A DNA stretch of 64,000 nucleotides, taken from positions 67,518,001 through 67,582,000 of the forward strand of contig NC_043005.1 in the NCBI RefSeq assembly GCF_006345805.1, written 5' to 3'. The DNA is from Octopus sinensis (taxonomy: Eukaryota). The position numbers and the translations under genes were made by a program. Below, one piece after another: positions 25,605 through 38,477 of the stretch (position 1 is the stretch's first letter; the number at the start of each line of letters is the position of its first letter). The notes beneath the pieces are model-generated. The model was given only the letters and a program-made list of their open reading frames with translations, was not told where the DNA came from and searched no databases.

Positions 25605-25637
<33 letters not shown>
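25201..25637. repeat. Tandem duplication of a 219-bp microsatellite-bounded unit
   Basis: 25201-25419 is repeated at 25420-25637; ORF 25121-25726 shows the duplicated peptide. Confidence 0.9.
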
Positions 25638-25639
<2 letters not shown>

Positions 25640-25891
25640 TATCCGGACTGTTGCCATAGTAATGAAGCTGGATACAGATTAACCCTGAACTCTGCTGTGT
25701 ATACCCATTACGTTTTAATGTTCTAGCTCACCTCTGCTGTTTACACCAGTGCTTGAAAGAAGGAAAGTCTGTAGCGTGTGATCGTCACATTGACCATGAC
25801 AGAGGAAGCTGAGCAGAGAATTTTCATCAAATTTTGCCAAAAGCTTGGCGATACATGCTCACAGGCCTACACAAAGTATCCAAAAAGTTTT
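25640..25891 (+). mobile_element. Mariner left-end fragment
   Basis: MTEEAEQRIFIKFCQKLGDTCSQAY (mariner N-terminal HTH); homologous to 61446-61730. Confidence 0.7.
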
Positions 25892-26697
25892 CAATATATA
25901 TATATATATATACATCACTACACTTTGGTCATAGTCTCTATTATATGCATGTTTATAAACTCGTAGAACATTGCAAGTATTTTCTCCATGCAGGGTTAGA
26001 GATATGCCTCTTTCTCTATTCATTTATGAATTTGCAACAATAATCTACACTCCATTATTCCATTCCTACGTTTCCCTTTGTTTCTACCCCTCTTCTTTCT
26101 GTGTTTTCTCTCCGTCTATCTATCTTTCTCTTTCGTTTGCTTGCCCTTTCTGCTTTACAAGCACACCTACAAATACAAATTGACGCTGCACACACACACT
26201 CAATTGCATATAATATCATATATTCAAATACAAAAGACATACACAAACAATGAGGAAAACCCATTGTATTCTTCTCGCACATTACCATGACACCAACACA
26301 CAACTCGGCCTCTCTCTTGTCTACTACACTGTGCATGACATCTATTTCCGGTTTGGTAATCAAGCGTTGATGTAAATTTCTCCTTCATATATTCTTTGTA
26401 CTTCATTCATGCATTCTTCGAGAATTCTGCATCAAGAAATTGAGAAGATGCTGCTCCATATTCTTATAGCGTCTTCTTTTCTTTTCTTTTTTATTACGTA
26501 AACGACTATGGGTGTCTGTATATGAACATAACTTTATTCATTTGTACAAACACAACTGCATGCGCACTTAAATACGCATACATTTACACACAGATTCATA
26601 TATACGCATGCATGTATGTATGTATGTGTGAATGTGTATATATATATATAATATATATATATACACATGTATATTTATATATCTTTATCAATATACA

Positions 26698-26730
<33 letters not shown>

Positions 26731-27189
26731 TCACACACACATGTATATTGATAAAGATATATAAATATACATTTTTATACCTGTTTATTATGTATATAAA
26801 CATGTATGTGTATGTGTGTCTTCGTGTGTGTGTGTGTGCGTGTATGTGTGCAGAAAGAGGGATATAGTAAAAGACACAGATGCAGGCATCGATAGAAAGA
26901 TAGATGGAATGTTCAAGATTTACAATGAAAGAATAAGAGTACTGAATGGATATTACTATTTTATTCTTTAATTAATTCCAGCTTGACAGCTGTAGCCATG
27001 ATGGAACAGCAGATTATATTGCGTATTTTTTTGTCGCAACTCAAGTTTTACGCACACGATGTACAGACAATAACTGAAAACCGGGTTAATGCGTCCGTAT
27101 AGTTTCATAATAGTTGTATATATTTTCTTGTACCTTTGCCCTAAAAACACTGTTATGTGCAATTAACGTTTTTACTTTTAATCATGAGA

Positions 27190-28100
27190 AACTATTGACG
27201 GGTAAGTATTTAGGTATGTCCTAATTTTAAATTTAGATATGTCCTATTGACGGGTAAGTGTTTAGATATGTCCTAATTGTGTAATGGTTAAAATTGTTTG
27301 TCTTTAAAAGTTTATAGGTAGAATAATTTATCGCTTGCAATAAATATACCAAAGGAAAATCTTTGGAATAGCTCTTTGTTTTCCAACACGCCACACTGGA
27401 ATTTGCTTGGCTACCGTTACCGCGAAGCTAACATATTTTTCAATATCGGGCTAAGTTGGGCCTATCAGAGGGTTTGAAATTTCAACAAAACAGTTGTATT
27501 ACTTTCACTGAGATCAGTATCACTGATTTTATATTGCAATGCCATTCCTTTGACATTCAATAGGATATCATAGTATCTACAGAGTTTCAATGAGGACCTT
27601 TATAATACTTTTCAAGTAATGAAATCAATTTAAGCTTGAATAATTTACCTACAAAATCAAGCGGATTTGAAGCACTTTATAAACCAGGTTTGAATAACAT
27701 TATAAACTAGATTCGAAGCACTACAAAACCAGGTAGAATTGAGTCAATAGATATCTTTTTATCTACCATGTATCACAAGTCATTAAAATTCAATAGATGA
27801 AGATTTTTCATGTTTTGACGCCATTGCTCTTAGCGTTGTTTATATGGTAAGATAAACCTGAAAATGAAGATGGCATCACCATACTCCCAACTTGTTCAGT
27901 TTTATTCACATTATTTGCAATAATGATCCGCTAACCCGCTGGAACTTTCTACTCACATTTGTCTGTTGCCTTATCTCACACATCATAAGTTCGCTTCTAC
28001 TTTCAAATGACTTTCAACTGCACAATGCTGAAATGCGGTATAGATTAAAATTCATCTCTAATCGTAGCTCGCATTACGTTTTGCTGCAAAATCATAAAAC
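27190..28100 (-). mobile_element. Helitron helicase C-terminal remnant (tentative)
   Basis: Minus-strand SFAVTVAK and FSFGIFIAS resemble PIF1-helicase motifs SFAMTINK and FSHGQFYVACS. A short tandem repeat lies at 27191-27278. Confidence 0.3.
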
Positions 28101-28300
28101 ATATTTTCATCATTACTTCTTTATCTATCATTAATTGACAAATCACGTTCATACATAAGTTCAATAACAAAATGAAGTGCTTTTATATGTATGAATTTAC
28201 GGCGATGTATGTGTTTTTGCATATAAATGTTTTGCTTTGTGTGTATATATATATATATATATATATAGACACGTACATACACACACAGACACACACAGAT

Positions 28301-28338
<38 letters not shown>

Positions 28339-28353
28339 GTATATCTATCTATC

Positions 28354-28385
<32 letters not shown>

Positions 28386-28507
28386 CGTATATTGAAACTA
28401 ATATTTTGCCAAGAGAGTTGTAAAAGGTTTTTAATTGCTAAACACTTAAAGCAAAAATACAGTTGTATTATAAACCCGGCATGTGTGAATGTCTGTGTGT
28501 ACGTGTT

Positions 28508-28545
<38 letters not shown>

Positions 28546-29226
28546 AAAATATCACATGTCTTGATCAGCACAAAACAGCAAGATCTAGTTAAATATATGG
28601 AAAGCTTTTTTCCTGATAGTGAATAAGGCTACCGCAATGCTGGTAACTCTTCGGTGTCTTTGCCGTGGCTAGCATTTCCTCCCCACGGCGCTTAGCTTGT
28701 AAGTTTTGTTTATGTATGACAGCAGACTAAACCGTCTACGGTGTCTTATCAACCACAGTCACTTTCAACTGGTTTTGGCTGTCATTGCTATCTCTTCAGT
28801 ATCTTTTACTAGCCGTTTTGGCTTCTAAACCGATCTGGCTGGAAGACTACAACAGCCGATATCAAAAGAGAATGTGGCTGCTTGCCAACATTTGACAAAA
28901 GCTGCATCAACGAATTCATGATATTTACATGGACACTCATACACTAACATATACGCACGCATGCACACAGACACAGGCACATACATACACACACACACAC
29001 ATACATACACACATATATATGTGTGTGCAACGTTATAGCTGCTTGCAACGTTATACTGTTAAGGAAAATTACAGTCGTCAACTAAACTTGACTAAATGTA
29101 TGAATAACACATAGATTGCTAGAAATAGGAACCAACATGGTCCGATATATATATACATACATACACACACGCGCGTAAACACACACACACACACACACAC
29201 ACCACACACACATACACACACACACA

Positions 29227-29317
<91 letters not shown>

Positions 29318-29604
29318 TCTTTTTTTTTTTCGAAACGCGTAGTGGATGAAACAGGGACAACTGAAGAAGGGGAATATTCCTCATGTTGTATGTCTTGTAC
29401 TCTGTTTTTTTCGTTGTCTGAAAAAAAGTTCGTTTCTGTGTTTTTGTTTTTATGTTTTCGTTTCTCATTGCGTTCTACGTATTTTTTCTGTCTTGTACCC
29501 ATATATGCATGTATATATATATACATATATATGTAGGTGTGTACATATATGTTTGTATATATGTATACATTTATATATTATTTATATATATATATATTAT
29601 ATAT

Positions 29605-29649
<45 letters not shown>

Positions 29650-30280
29650 ATGTATGTATATATAAAAAAGATGAGGATCGAAATCCTTCAAAGGGTTGTC
29701 AAACATCAAAGTCCACCGCTACAAACCAAGCAAAGAATATATATAAAATATATATTCAGTATTTGCAAAATCAATAAATGAAGTATAAGATTGATAATGT
29801 TTTAATTTGATCGACTTTACTTTTTATTGAAACTGCCTCTATTGTTATTGTTTTTATATCTCCTAACATAGGATGACGGCGAGCTGGCCGAATCGTTTGC
29901 ACGCCGGGCGAAATACTTAGCGCTACGTTCTGAGTTCAAAATCCGCCGAGGATGAATTTGCCTTTCTTCCTTTCGGATTCGATTAAATAAGTATCACTTT
30001 CGCACTGGGGTCAATCTAATCGACTTAATCCCTTCCCCCAAGCTGCCTTTGTGGCAAAAAGTTGAAATCATTATTTCTCTTAATATAAAAAAGGCGGCGA
30101 GCTGGCAAAGTCCTTAGCACGCCGAACAAAATGATCTCAAAATGGACACAAATTCAATCGCTTTTGCCTTTCGTTCTTTTGGCGTCATAACATAAGAGCC
30201 AGTTAAATACTGGGGTCGATGTACTCGACTTAACCTCACCCTTGAAATTGCTGGCCTTGTGCTAAAGTCTGCAACCATCA

Positions 30281-30658
30281 TTACCTCCGCCTTAGCAAAG
30301 GCGGAGGTACTGTTTTCAGTTGCGTTTTTTTGTTTGCTAGTTTGTCCGTGGACAAGATATATCAAGAACTGCTGGATGGATTCGGATGAAACCTTCAGGG
30401 ATATTTAGCTTTGTGACTCGTACGAACTGATTAGATTTTGGGATCGATCAAGTACCGGGCAAGGATTCTGGACTATTTTCCTGTTTTTTTTTTTACTTAA
30501 TTTTTGAGAGCGGTCGGGTTCATTTTTAGTATTCACGCTTGTGAGAACAGTCGAGCTTATTTCAGATTATTCTCATTTTAAACATCATCTCTGGCTAATC
30601 GTTGACAGGACGTTGATGCTGCCTCGGTGGAGGTCTGCTCTCTCTGGGTGCTCTTGTT
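30281..30658 (+). mobile_element. Helentron-associated non-autonomous element (HINE/DINE-1-like)
   Basis: 5' perfect hairpin tacctccgcctt-agca-aaggcggaggta (30282-30309). The 3' end ggtggaggtctgctctctctgggtgctcttgtt carries the matching subterminal inverted repeat and terminal TT. Confidence 0.7.
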
Positions 30659-31894
30659 ATTATTATTTCTTTTACCAAAGCAGCGAGATGGCAAAATCCT
30701 TAGAACGCCGGACGAAATACACAACAGCATTTCGTTCTGAATCCAAATTCTGCCGAGGTTGACGTTGACTTTCATCCCTTTGGGATGATGTAATCGACTT
30801 AGCCGCTCCCCAGAATTGCTGTCCTTGTGCTAAAATTTGAAATCATTATTATTGTTATCATTATTACTACTTTTATTATTAGCAATATTGTACAAATACG
30901 ATGCATTCTTTCCGTCACCATCATCATTACTACCACCCTTACTCCTATCCAAACCTATTTCTAACTCATCTTTCAAATAGTGGCCAAGCAGAGAAATATG
31001 TAGCAAAACTATACATACATACAATTTTTATTACATATTCCTCTTATATATTTTTACGATTAACTTTGTTAAGGTTAATATCTAACTATTAACACCGAAA
31101 CCAACATATTTTACCTTCTATATGTATCTTTCGCATTATAATATTCTAATGTGTTTGTGTCTGTTTTCTACTCTTTCTTTTACTAGTTTCAGTCATTTGA
31201 TTGCGGCCATGCTGGAGCCCCGCCTTTTAGTCGAATAGATCTACCCCAGGACTTATTCTTCGTAAGCCTAGTACTTATTCTATCGGTCTCTTTTGCCGAC
31301 CCGCCAAGTTACGCGGACCTAAACACACGAACATCGGGGGCATAAACACAGACACACAAACACACACATAGGCTTCTTTCTGGTTTCTGTCTACTAAATC
31401 CACTCACAAGGCTTAGTAAGAATAAGTCCTTGGGTGGGTTTGCTCAACTAAAGGTGGTGTCCAGTATGGTTGCAGTCAAATGACTGAAACAAATAATAGC
31501 GTAAAAGAATATATATATACGAGAACTATTGTAGTTCGCTTGAAGCATTGTATATTGTTTGTAAATAATAAACTATTTTGAATGACACAACAATGTACTA
31601 TAATACAAACAATGGACTATAATAATTGTAATTTAATCATCCATAGTCTGATATGATATTTCGGCATAAAATTCCTTCATCAGATATCCCTAGGAATTGA
31701 TGGAGTCGCTGCTATAATCGGTTTTCCAACGGCTTTTCTTTGTTTTTTTTTTCGGAAGCGTCTTAGCAGTGGACTCACGAATTTCTTTCCGGAATTCCTC
31801 ATGAGAAGTCCTTGAGGTCAGCCATGTCTGAATCTCGAGTTTGCTGTCACATCCTTAGAGCTGCTTCTAAGTTATGTGTTATACGTGCAGCTTT

Positions 31895-31953
<59 letters not shown>

Positions 31954-32036
31954 GGTCCCGGGTTGATTCGGGGTTAACCACAGTAAATAAGGTACTCAAT
32001 ACATAGCAGAGTAAAATTAATTTATTATATAGAAGG

Positions 32037-32087
32037 AGCTTCTACAGGACTAGAACTGTTTCATTCAAGAGAAATCTTCAGGAAGCT
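32037..32087 (-). ncRNA. Mirror hammerhead motif on the minus strand
   Basis: Exact reverse complement of 32143-32193. Confidence 0.65.
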
Positions 32088-32142
32088 AGTTAACAAGAAT
32101 TGTATTGGCATTTATACATTTAGGCAGGTTTAAAGGTTAACT

Positions 32143-32193
32143 AGCTTCCTGAAGATTTCTCTTGAATGAAACAGTTCTAGTCCTGTAGAAGCT
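32143..32193 (+). ncRNA. Type I hammerhead ribozyme motif (near-canonical)
   Basis: agcttc-CTGAAGA-t ttc tctt gaa t-GAAA-cag ttctagtc ctg-TA-gaagct. Perfect 6-bp stem I, 4-bp stem III, GUA cleavage triplet at 32185-32187. Stem II is closed by U-U rather than the usual G-C. Confidence 0.65.
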
Positions 32194-32204
32194 CCTTCTA
32201 TATA

Positions 32205-32253
<49 letters not shown>

Positions 32254-32801
32254 ATTGACTATCCCTTCCGCCAAAATTGCTGGTCTTTTGTCAAAGTTTG
32301 AAATAGATAGATAGATTGATTCATTCATTCATTCATTTATTCATTCATTCATTCATTTTCTCTTTCATATAACCCTGTTTATATTGATCTTATCCTTCAT
32401 CCCTCTCTTTCCCTGTTCTTTCGATCTTTCTTCATTGTTCGCAATCTGTTCATTAATGCTTTCTTTGAAATCCCCATCACAGTTGATTTATGCCACTTTG
32501 TACAGTAATACACATATTTAAATACTCTTACTTCATCGACCTGACAACTATCTGGCTATAGAATGTCAAGAATGATCAATTTGAAAATTTAAAACTGTCA
32601 TCTTTACCATTTATATTTACTTATTCGTCTTCTTTTTGGTTTTTTTTTTGTTGTTTTTTTTTCTTGTCCAACAAAATATAGGCTATACTCACCAAATTGA
32701 CTATATGTGAACACAAGGTGAATTCATTCAAGCTTTTCTCTTATAAATTTATGCTTTCGACCATGATGAAAAGACTGTGGGAGTTGCGTTGTACAATCAA
32801 T

Positions 32802-33111
32802 GTTAAACGATAAACGTCGCCTTTTTCAAGCCTATCCATGCTCATGGACCCGGTTTCTGTAGCATATGTGTTCCACCCAGCTGACGGGACACCACTCCAT
32901 CGCAGCGTTACTCAAGAAACAGGAAGATAGAGTGAGAGAAAGTTGTGGCGAAAGAGTACAACAGGGGTCGCCACCACCCCTTGCCGGAGCCTCGTGGAGC
33001 TTTTAGGTGTTTTCGCTCAACAAACACACACAGCGCCCGGTCTGGGAAACGAAACCGCGATTCTCCGACCGCGAGTCTGCTGCCCTAACCACAGGGCCAT
33101 TGTGCCTCCAC
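32802..33111 (-). mobile_element. SINE with family A head, RTE-like tail, 9-bp TSD
   Basis: TSD acaatcaat at 32793-32801 and 33112-33120. Confidence 0.75.
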
Positions 33112-34564
33112 ACAATCAATATTACATAATCGTTACTTATATTCATGTTATCCAGCTCGTTATTAATTTGAGCGATATGTTGTTGAAACGGTCGTAACCA
33201 TAGAATAAATGTTATACCAGTACCCCCATTCATCTGGTTGTTACACACTCACACAAACATACAATTGTATATATATATTTATATATATATATACAGGCAT
33301 ACATGCGCAAGGTGATATGTGTAGATATAGAAACAATCTTTCTCTTTTGTCACAATACCTTCGTGTTCATAAACTTACATACACACCTGTATCTCTCTCT
33401 CTCTCTCTCTGTGTAAGAGTATGTGTACGTGTACGTCTATGTGCATGCCTCTATGTGTGCGTATTTCTCTTTCCTACAATCTGAACAATCAGATATAAAG
33501 CAGCTGTTTATATCTTTCATTTTGAACTTTCACTCGTTGATCTTCCCCTTCTCTTCATTTCATGTGCGCTAAAATACACGCACACAATGAGAGAGCGTGC
33601 ACATGTTTGTGCGTATGAGTGCGTGCATGCGTTTCTACATTCTTCACCCTGTTCATTCAATGCCTTGTTTCTTTTATTGTGATCCTTCTCTTCATCAAGA
33701 TATACGTTCATTTAGTTGTGAGTCTCTTTAAAGTGTACTTTTTCTTCTTCCTCTCGTACATATATTTCCCTTTCATTTCTCTCCTTTTAATCACCACTTT
33801 ACTGTATTCTTTTAGATGTTACTCTGCGCTTCGAATTCACTTGATCATTAGTCAGACAGTAGGACTGGAGCCAGGAAGAACTAATTAATATGATATCGAC
33901 AATATCATGAATTACTCGCCTATTCCCACTCCTATATAATAGCTGCTATGTCCATTAGAGTTCTTATCGTGATTTTCTTTCATCGTCATCATAAACACTT
34001 CTGCAGATTTCTCCACGTAGTCGTTCGTCATGCGAGAAATATCAAACACATCTACCGAAAAACCACACCTAGTGTCACCAAAGGGAAAAGTCACTTTGGA
34101 TAATGTATCGCATGATTCACGGGATTCAGAATACACTCCTTAAATTAAAGATGGAATAATCGTGAACACAGTTGCAGATTGCTAATAAGCCCGTTTGATT
34201 AAGATTCACCTGGGAGCTGATCAATAGTAAGAATAGTAACTACAACAACGCAAACCTTTCGGCTTTAAAACTGGATATATTGTGTTATGTAGAATTGGAT
34301 ACACAAATGGAAAATTACAGTTTGAATATCTTTGATTATAGGTTTGTTCTACTGTGTTGATCTTGAGCTAAACAACAAGAACTCAGCAATATTATTTCAT
34401 TGAATTACAGGTAGAAAGGATCAATGAGCTCCCAACTCTTATAGAGGTCGGGCGATTAAGTATAAAATAAGCAAATAATCTACATTGTTAAGATATAAAG
34501 TAACGTGTATATCAGATCCGGGCTTGGTAATCACTCGTAGTACAATAAGAACAGTACTTCTTAT

Positions 34565-34646
<82 letters not shown>

Positions 34647-35005
34647 TTTAATAAACACAATATATATTTTTTGAACGAGCTATTAATATTTTCATGCCAT
34701 GCGAGAAAGACCTAATCAGACACCATCTTGCAACATCTCTGGTGCCTTCACACGATCCGTAGGCTTTGCCTGCATAACATGACAAACTAAAAAATTTAAT
34801 TTGTTATGCCTTGTAGGCAGAGCCTGAAGGCACCAGACGTGTTAGAAAATGCTGTCTGAGTAGATTTTCATCGCACAAAACTGTTGGAAGCTCATAAAAA
34901 AACCTTAATACTGAGTTTATTAAATAATATTCATCTATTTTTGTTGATCTTAACTTGACGGAACAGCATACTACATATATTTGTATCTATCTCTGCCCCC
35001 CACCG

Positions 35006-35059
<54 letters not shown>

Positions 35060-35062
<3 letters not shown>

Positions 35063-35270
35063 CAAAATGTGACCTCGTGTGTACTGTTGGCGATTTTTTT
35101 CCTCTGTCTTCCCTTCTCTGGATCTTTCCTTCTCCTATGTTTCCGACGAAGAGCTCCGCTCGAACGTTAAACCCTCCTTCTTTCCTTCTTTCCTGAGCGT
35201 CCAATAATACTATATTTGTTCCACGTCCTCGCGTTGTTGTGTATTTTTGTGCTTTCTTGTTTGGATTAAC

Positions 35271-35275
<5 letters not shown>
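35060..35275 (+). mobile_element. PLE pLTR-like repeat with degenerate hammerhead (35139-35172); partial copies at 36705-36765 (+) and 59970-60075 (-)
   Basis: gttt-CCGACGA-a gag ctccg ctc-GAA-CGTT-aaac. The shared segment cacgtcct...ttgtttggattaac occurs at all three sites. Confidence 0.55.
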
Positions 35276-35308
<33 letters not shown>

Positions 35309-35329
35309 AAGATGATGGCAGCCAGACCA

Positions 35330-36354
35330 ATCTTACAACAAAATAAATTTAGCCTGAAGTGATAATGAAAGTTCGAAAACGCAGTTATGGTGCAAGAACA
35401 GTTTAGGAAGGAATTCCAAACAGACTCACATATGCGTCTTACCAATACTTCAATTAAAGATGACTTTCAAGCTGGTGAAACTATTGAGAATACTAAAAGC
35501 ATTTTCCAGAGTTCAAGAAACTCTACGCATCATGCGAGTCACAATATCGGAATGTGGAAATGCAAAGTCCATCGCATTTGAAGTGCTACCATTGGAAAAG
35601 TTACATTCCAAAGATAGCTCATGCGCTTAACAAAGATGATTTGTACCGAAGACTAGAGTTTTGCTTGTGGTATTTGCCACGATGTGTAGGAGATACGCTC
35701 TTTCCAACAAAGATATTTTGGAGAAGATACATTTTACTTTTATGCTTTGTCTAACCACCACAATTGCACTTACTGGGAACCTAAGAATCCGCATATTACG
35801 GAGGGACAAGGAGTTTATTTATCATGAGTTACAGTACAGAACAGTTTATCATTAAAAATATTAATTGGACTGTCCTTTTTGAACGCTACTGAGATGAGTC
35901 CCATTTGCTTGAGCCTACTACGACAATCTATCATGTCATGCTTTCAAGGGGACTTTGAAGAGATGAAGTTTTATTTCCAGTTAGGTGTAGTTTCCCCACA
36001 CTATCATAGTTATATAAGGGCCCACATTCATGAGATTTTACCTAGTCAGTGAATTGGGCGAACAGGTTCAGTGGAATACCATTCTGAGTTCACCTAACCT
36101 CATACTACTTGACTTTGGTACGGAGATATTTAAACGATAAAGTTTATGATACAAAATCGACAACATTCGTCGAACTGAGGGCAGCCATTGAACAAGAATA
36201 CGCACAACTACCGAGCAAAATGTTTCTTGACATTTGCAGTTCCATTGCTTTATGTTATTAGCAGTGCCTGGGCCAGAAATATCTGAAATGTATTTTAATG
36301 AACACTGACTATATAATCATGCAATATCTGCTTACCTTTTTAGGAGGACATCTT
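35330..36354 (+). mobile_element. Decayed Tc1/mariner-superfamily transposon
   Basis: KFENAVMVQEQFRKEFQTD, AHALNKDDLYRRLEFCLWY and an SP.L..LDF-like region followed by KVYDTKSTTFVELRAAIEQE. TIR-like right end near 36330-36354. Confidence 0.65.
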
Positions 36355-36637
36355 ATATATTTTTATACATGTGCATGCATACATACATACATACATATAT
36401 GTATGTATTGATTGGAGATTTGTTATATAAAAGATGGCGGTGGAAATAGCATGAACCCCAAACAGAAGACAAACTGTTTTTACTTTCAATTTTTAAATTG
36501 ATAAGAAGAGATGATCATTGAAACCTGTAATGTTTTCTTTATATAAATTGTATATCATTTTATCTAATTACTTCTTAAATTGAGACGGCTTAGATTTTTG
36601 TTTGTGCTATTTCCACCTCCATTCTTTATATGCGTAA

Positions 36638-36711
<74 letters not shown>

Positions 36712-36764
36712 TCACGTCCTCACGTTGTTGTGTTTTTTTTGTGCTTTCTTGTTTGGATTAACTT

Positions 36765-36802
<38 letters not shown>

Positions 36803-36994
36803 TACAAATATATATAGTATGCTGTTCCGTCAAGTTAAGATCAACAAAAATAGATGAATATTATTTAATAAACTCAGTATTAAGGTTCTTTTATGAGCTT
36901 CCAATAGTTTTGTGCGATGAAAATCTACTCAGACAACATTTTCTAACACGTCTGGTGCCTTCAAGCTCTGCCTACAAGGCATAACAAATTAAGA

Positions 36995-37215
36995 TCGAGC
37001 TGGATGGCGAACAAAAGTGAGGAGTGGAGTGAAAGCGTTTGAAGAGGCCAAGATAACGCATGTAAAACTCAAAAGAAATAATGTTATGATCGAGAAGGTG
37101 AGTGACACTGATCTTTTTGGGTGCACAGTTTGTGACAGACCATGCCTTTCTTTTGCTGGGCTCAAATCTCATTTGCGAACCCATGGAAAATGAGCCTCCA
37201 CCAACTATTCTGCTT
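36995..37215 (+). mobile_element. RTE-clade LINE 3' end
   Basis: WRTKVRSGVKAFEEAKITHVKLKR...FGCTVCDRPCLSFAGLKSHLRTHGK* (terminal C2H2 motif). Confidence 0.65.
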
Positions 37216-37490
37216 ATATATCTGTGCATACCTTTGAATGCAGTGTATGCCAGAAGGTTTGCAAATCTAATGGAGACCTCAAAAGTCATTTTAAAATCCT
37301 CAAAGATTAGAACTTATCTGCAGCTCTTGGTGGTCCAAATCGGATATGCAATCAATGTGGGTATCTTTTCAGAACATTGTCTGGTTCAAAAAGCCACATT
37401 AAATGCCATGGTGGTTCTAAGGTGTAGGTAGAGAAGGTGGTCAAACTCTGCATAAGGAGTAGACAACTACCACGTATACACACACACACG

Positions 37491-37531
<41 letters not shown>

Positions 37532-38170
37532 TGGAAAGAGAGAGAGAGGGCTGCTAAGAGAACCTCAGTACGGTTGAATTACGTAGATAACTGATAATAT
37601 ATTCGTAGATAAAATATTCTTAAAGAGGAGACAGACACGCCCACTTTGCCTTTAATCAGACGTCTGTCTCTCTTTCTCTCTTTTGTATCTTCATAACATC
37701 ACAGTAAACGTGAACCAGATTTCACCATGGGATTATTATCACAACCACTATACCTGCCTAATGAAATATTAAATAAATCTAGCTATAAATTATTAGTGTA
37801 TTAAAAGCTTTTCGTTTCATAACTATAGAACACATATATAGCTTGATTAGCTAAGACTGCATATTACGATAAATGTAAGCAATACTTCTGTATACATAAT
37901 ATAGTGTTGGTCAGAAAAAGTGGAAATTATCTTTTCTTTTTAATCTTTTTGCTTGTTTTAATCAGTTAACTGCGGCCATGATGGGGGTTATAGTCGAACA
38001 TATCGACCTGTGGACTTTCTTTAAGCATAGTACATAGTACATAGTCTTTTTGCAGAAACCGCTAAGTTACGGGGACGTAAACGCATCAACATCGGTTGTC
38101 AAGTGGTGGTGAGAGAACAAACGCAGGCACAAAATCATACGTATATATACATATATATATATATACATAT

Positions 38171-38477
38171 GTGGAGGCGCAATGGCCCCGTGGTTAGGGC
38201 AGGGGACTCGCGGTCGTAGGATCGCGGTTTCGATTAACAGGCCGGGCGTTGTGAGTGTTTATTGAGCGAAAACACCTAAAGCTCCACGAGGCTCCGGCAG
38301 GGGGTGGTGGTGATCCCTGCTGTACTCTTTCACCACTCTTTCTCCCACTCTTTCTTCTGTTGGCCTGCTCGCTTAGCTAGCGGGGTGGCGTCATCGAAGG
38401 CTAAAACAATGCGAACGCATTGTGACCAGCGATGTGTAACAACATCTGATGGTTTGGTCGGTCACGTGATCACGTGA
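38171..38477 (+). mobile_element. Full-length SINE family A
   Basis: A box tggccccgtgg, B box ggtttcgatt, tail ggtcacgtgatcacgtga. Confidence 0.9.

Larger units (their letters stand above)
32020..32210. repeat. Perfect 75-bp inverted repeat (32020-32094 / 32136-32210), 41-nt spacer, PLE pLTR-like, between (TA)n tracts
   Basis: Arms compared base by base with no mismatch. Confidence 0.95.
34796..36992. repeat. 193-bp inverted repeats (34796-34988 / 36800-36992) enclosing ~1.8 kb
   Basis: 5 mismatches in 193 bp by manual alignment. The symmetry continues into the flanking (CT)n(TA)n / (TA)n(GA)n tracts. Confidence 0.9.

Noticed and set aside
21958-29777. Many YI/CV/HT-repeat ORFs, including 201 aa at 25121-25726
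   Set aside because: (TA)n, (CA)n and (TATG)n translations plus a tandem duplication; no protein-like content.
33912-34136. 74-aa minus-strand ORF with protein-like composition and an upstream AG
   Set aside because: No good donor, no recognisable domain and no partner exons on that strand.
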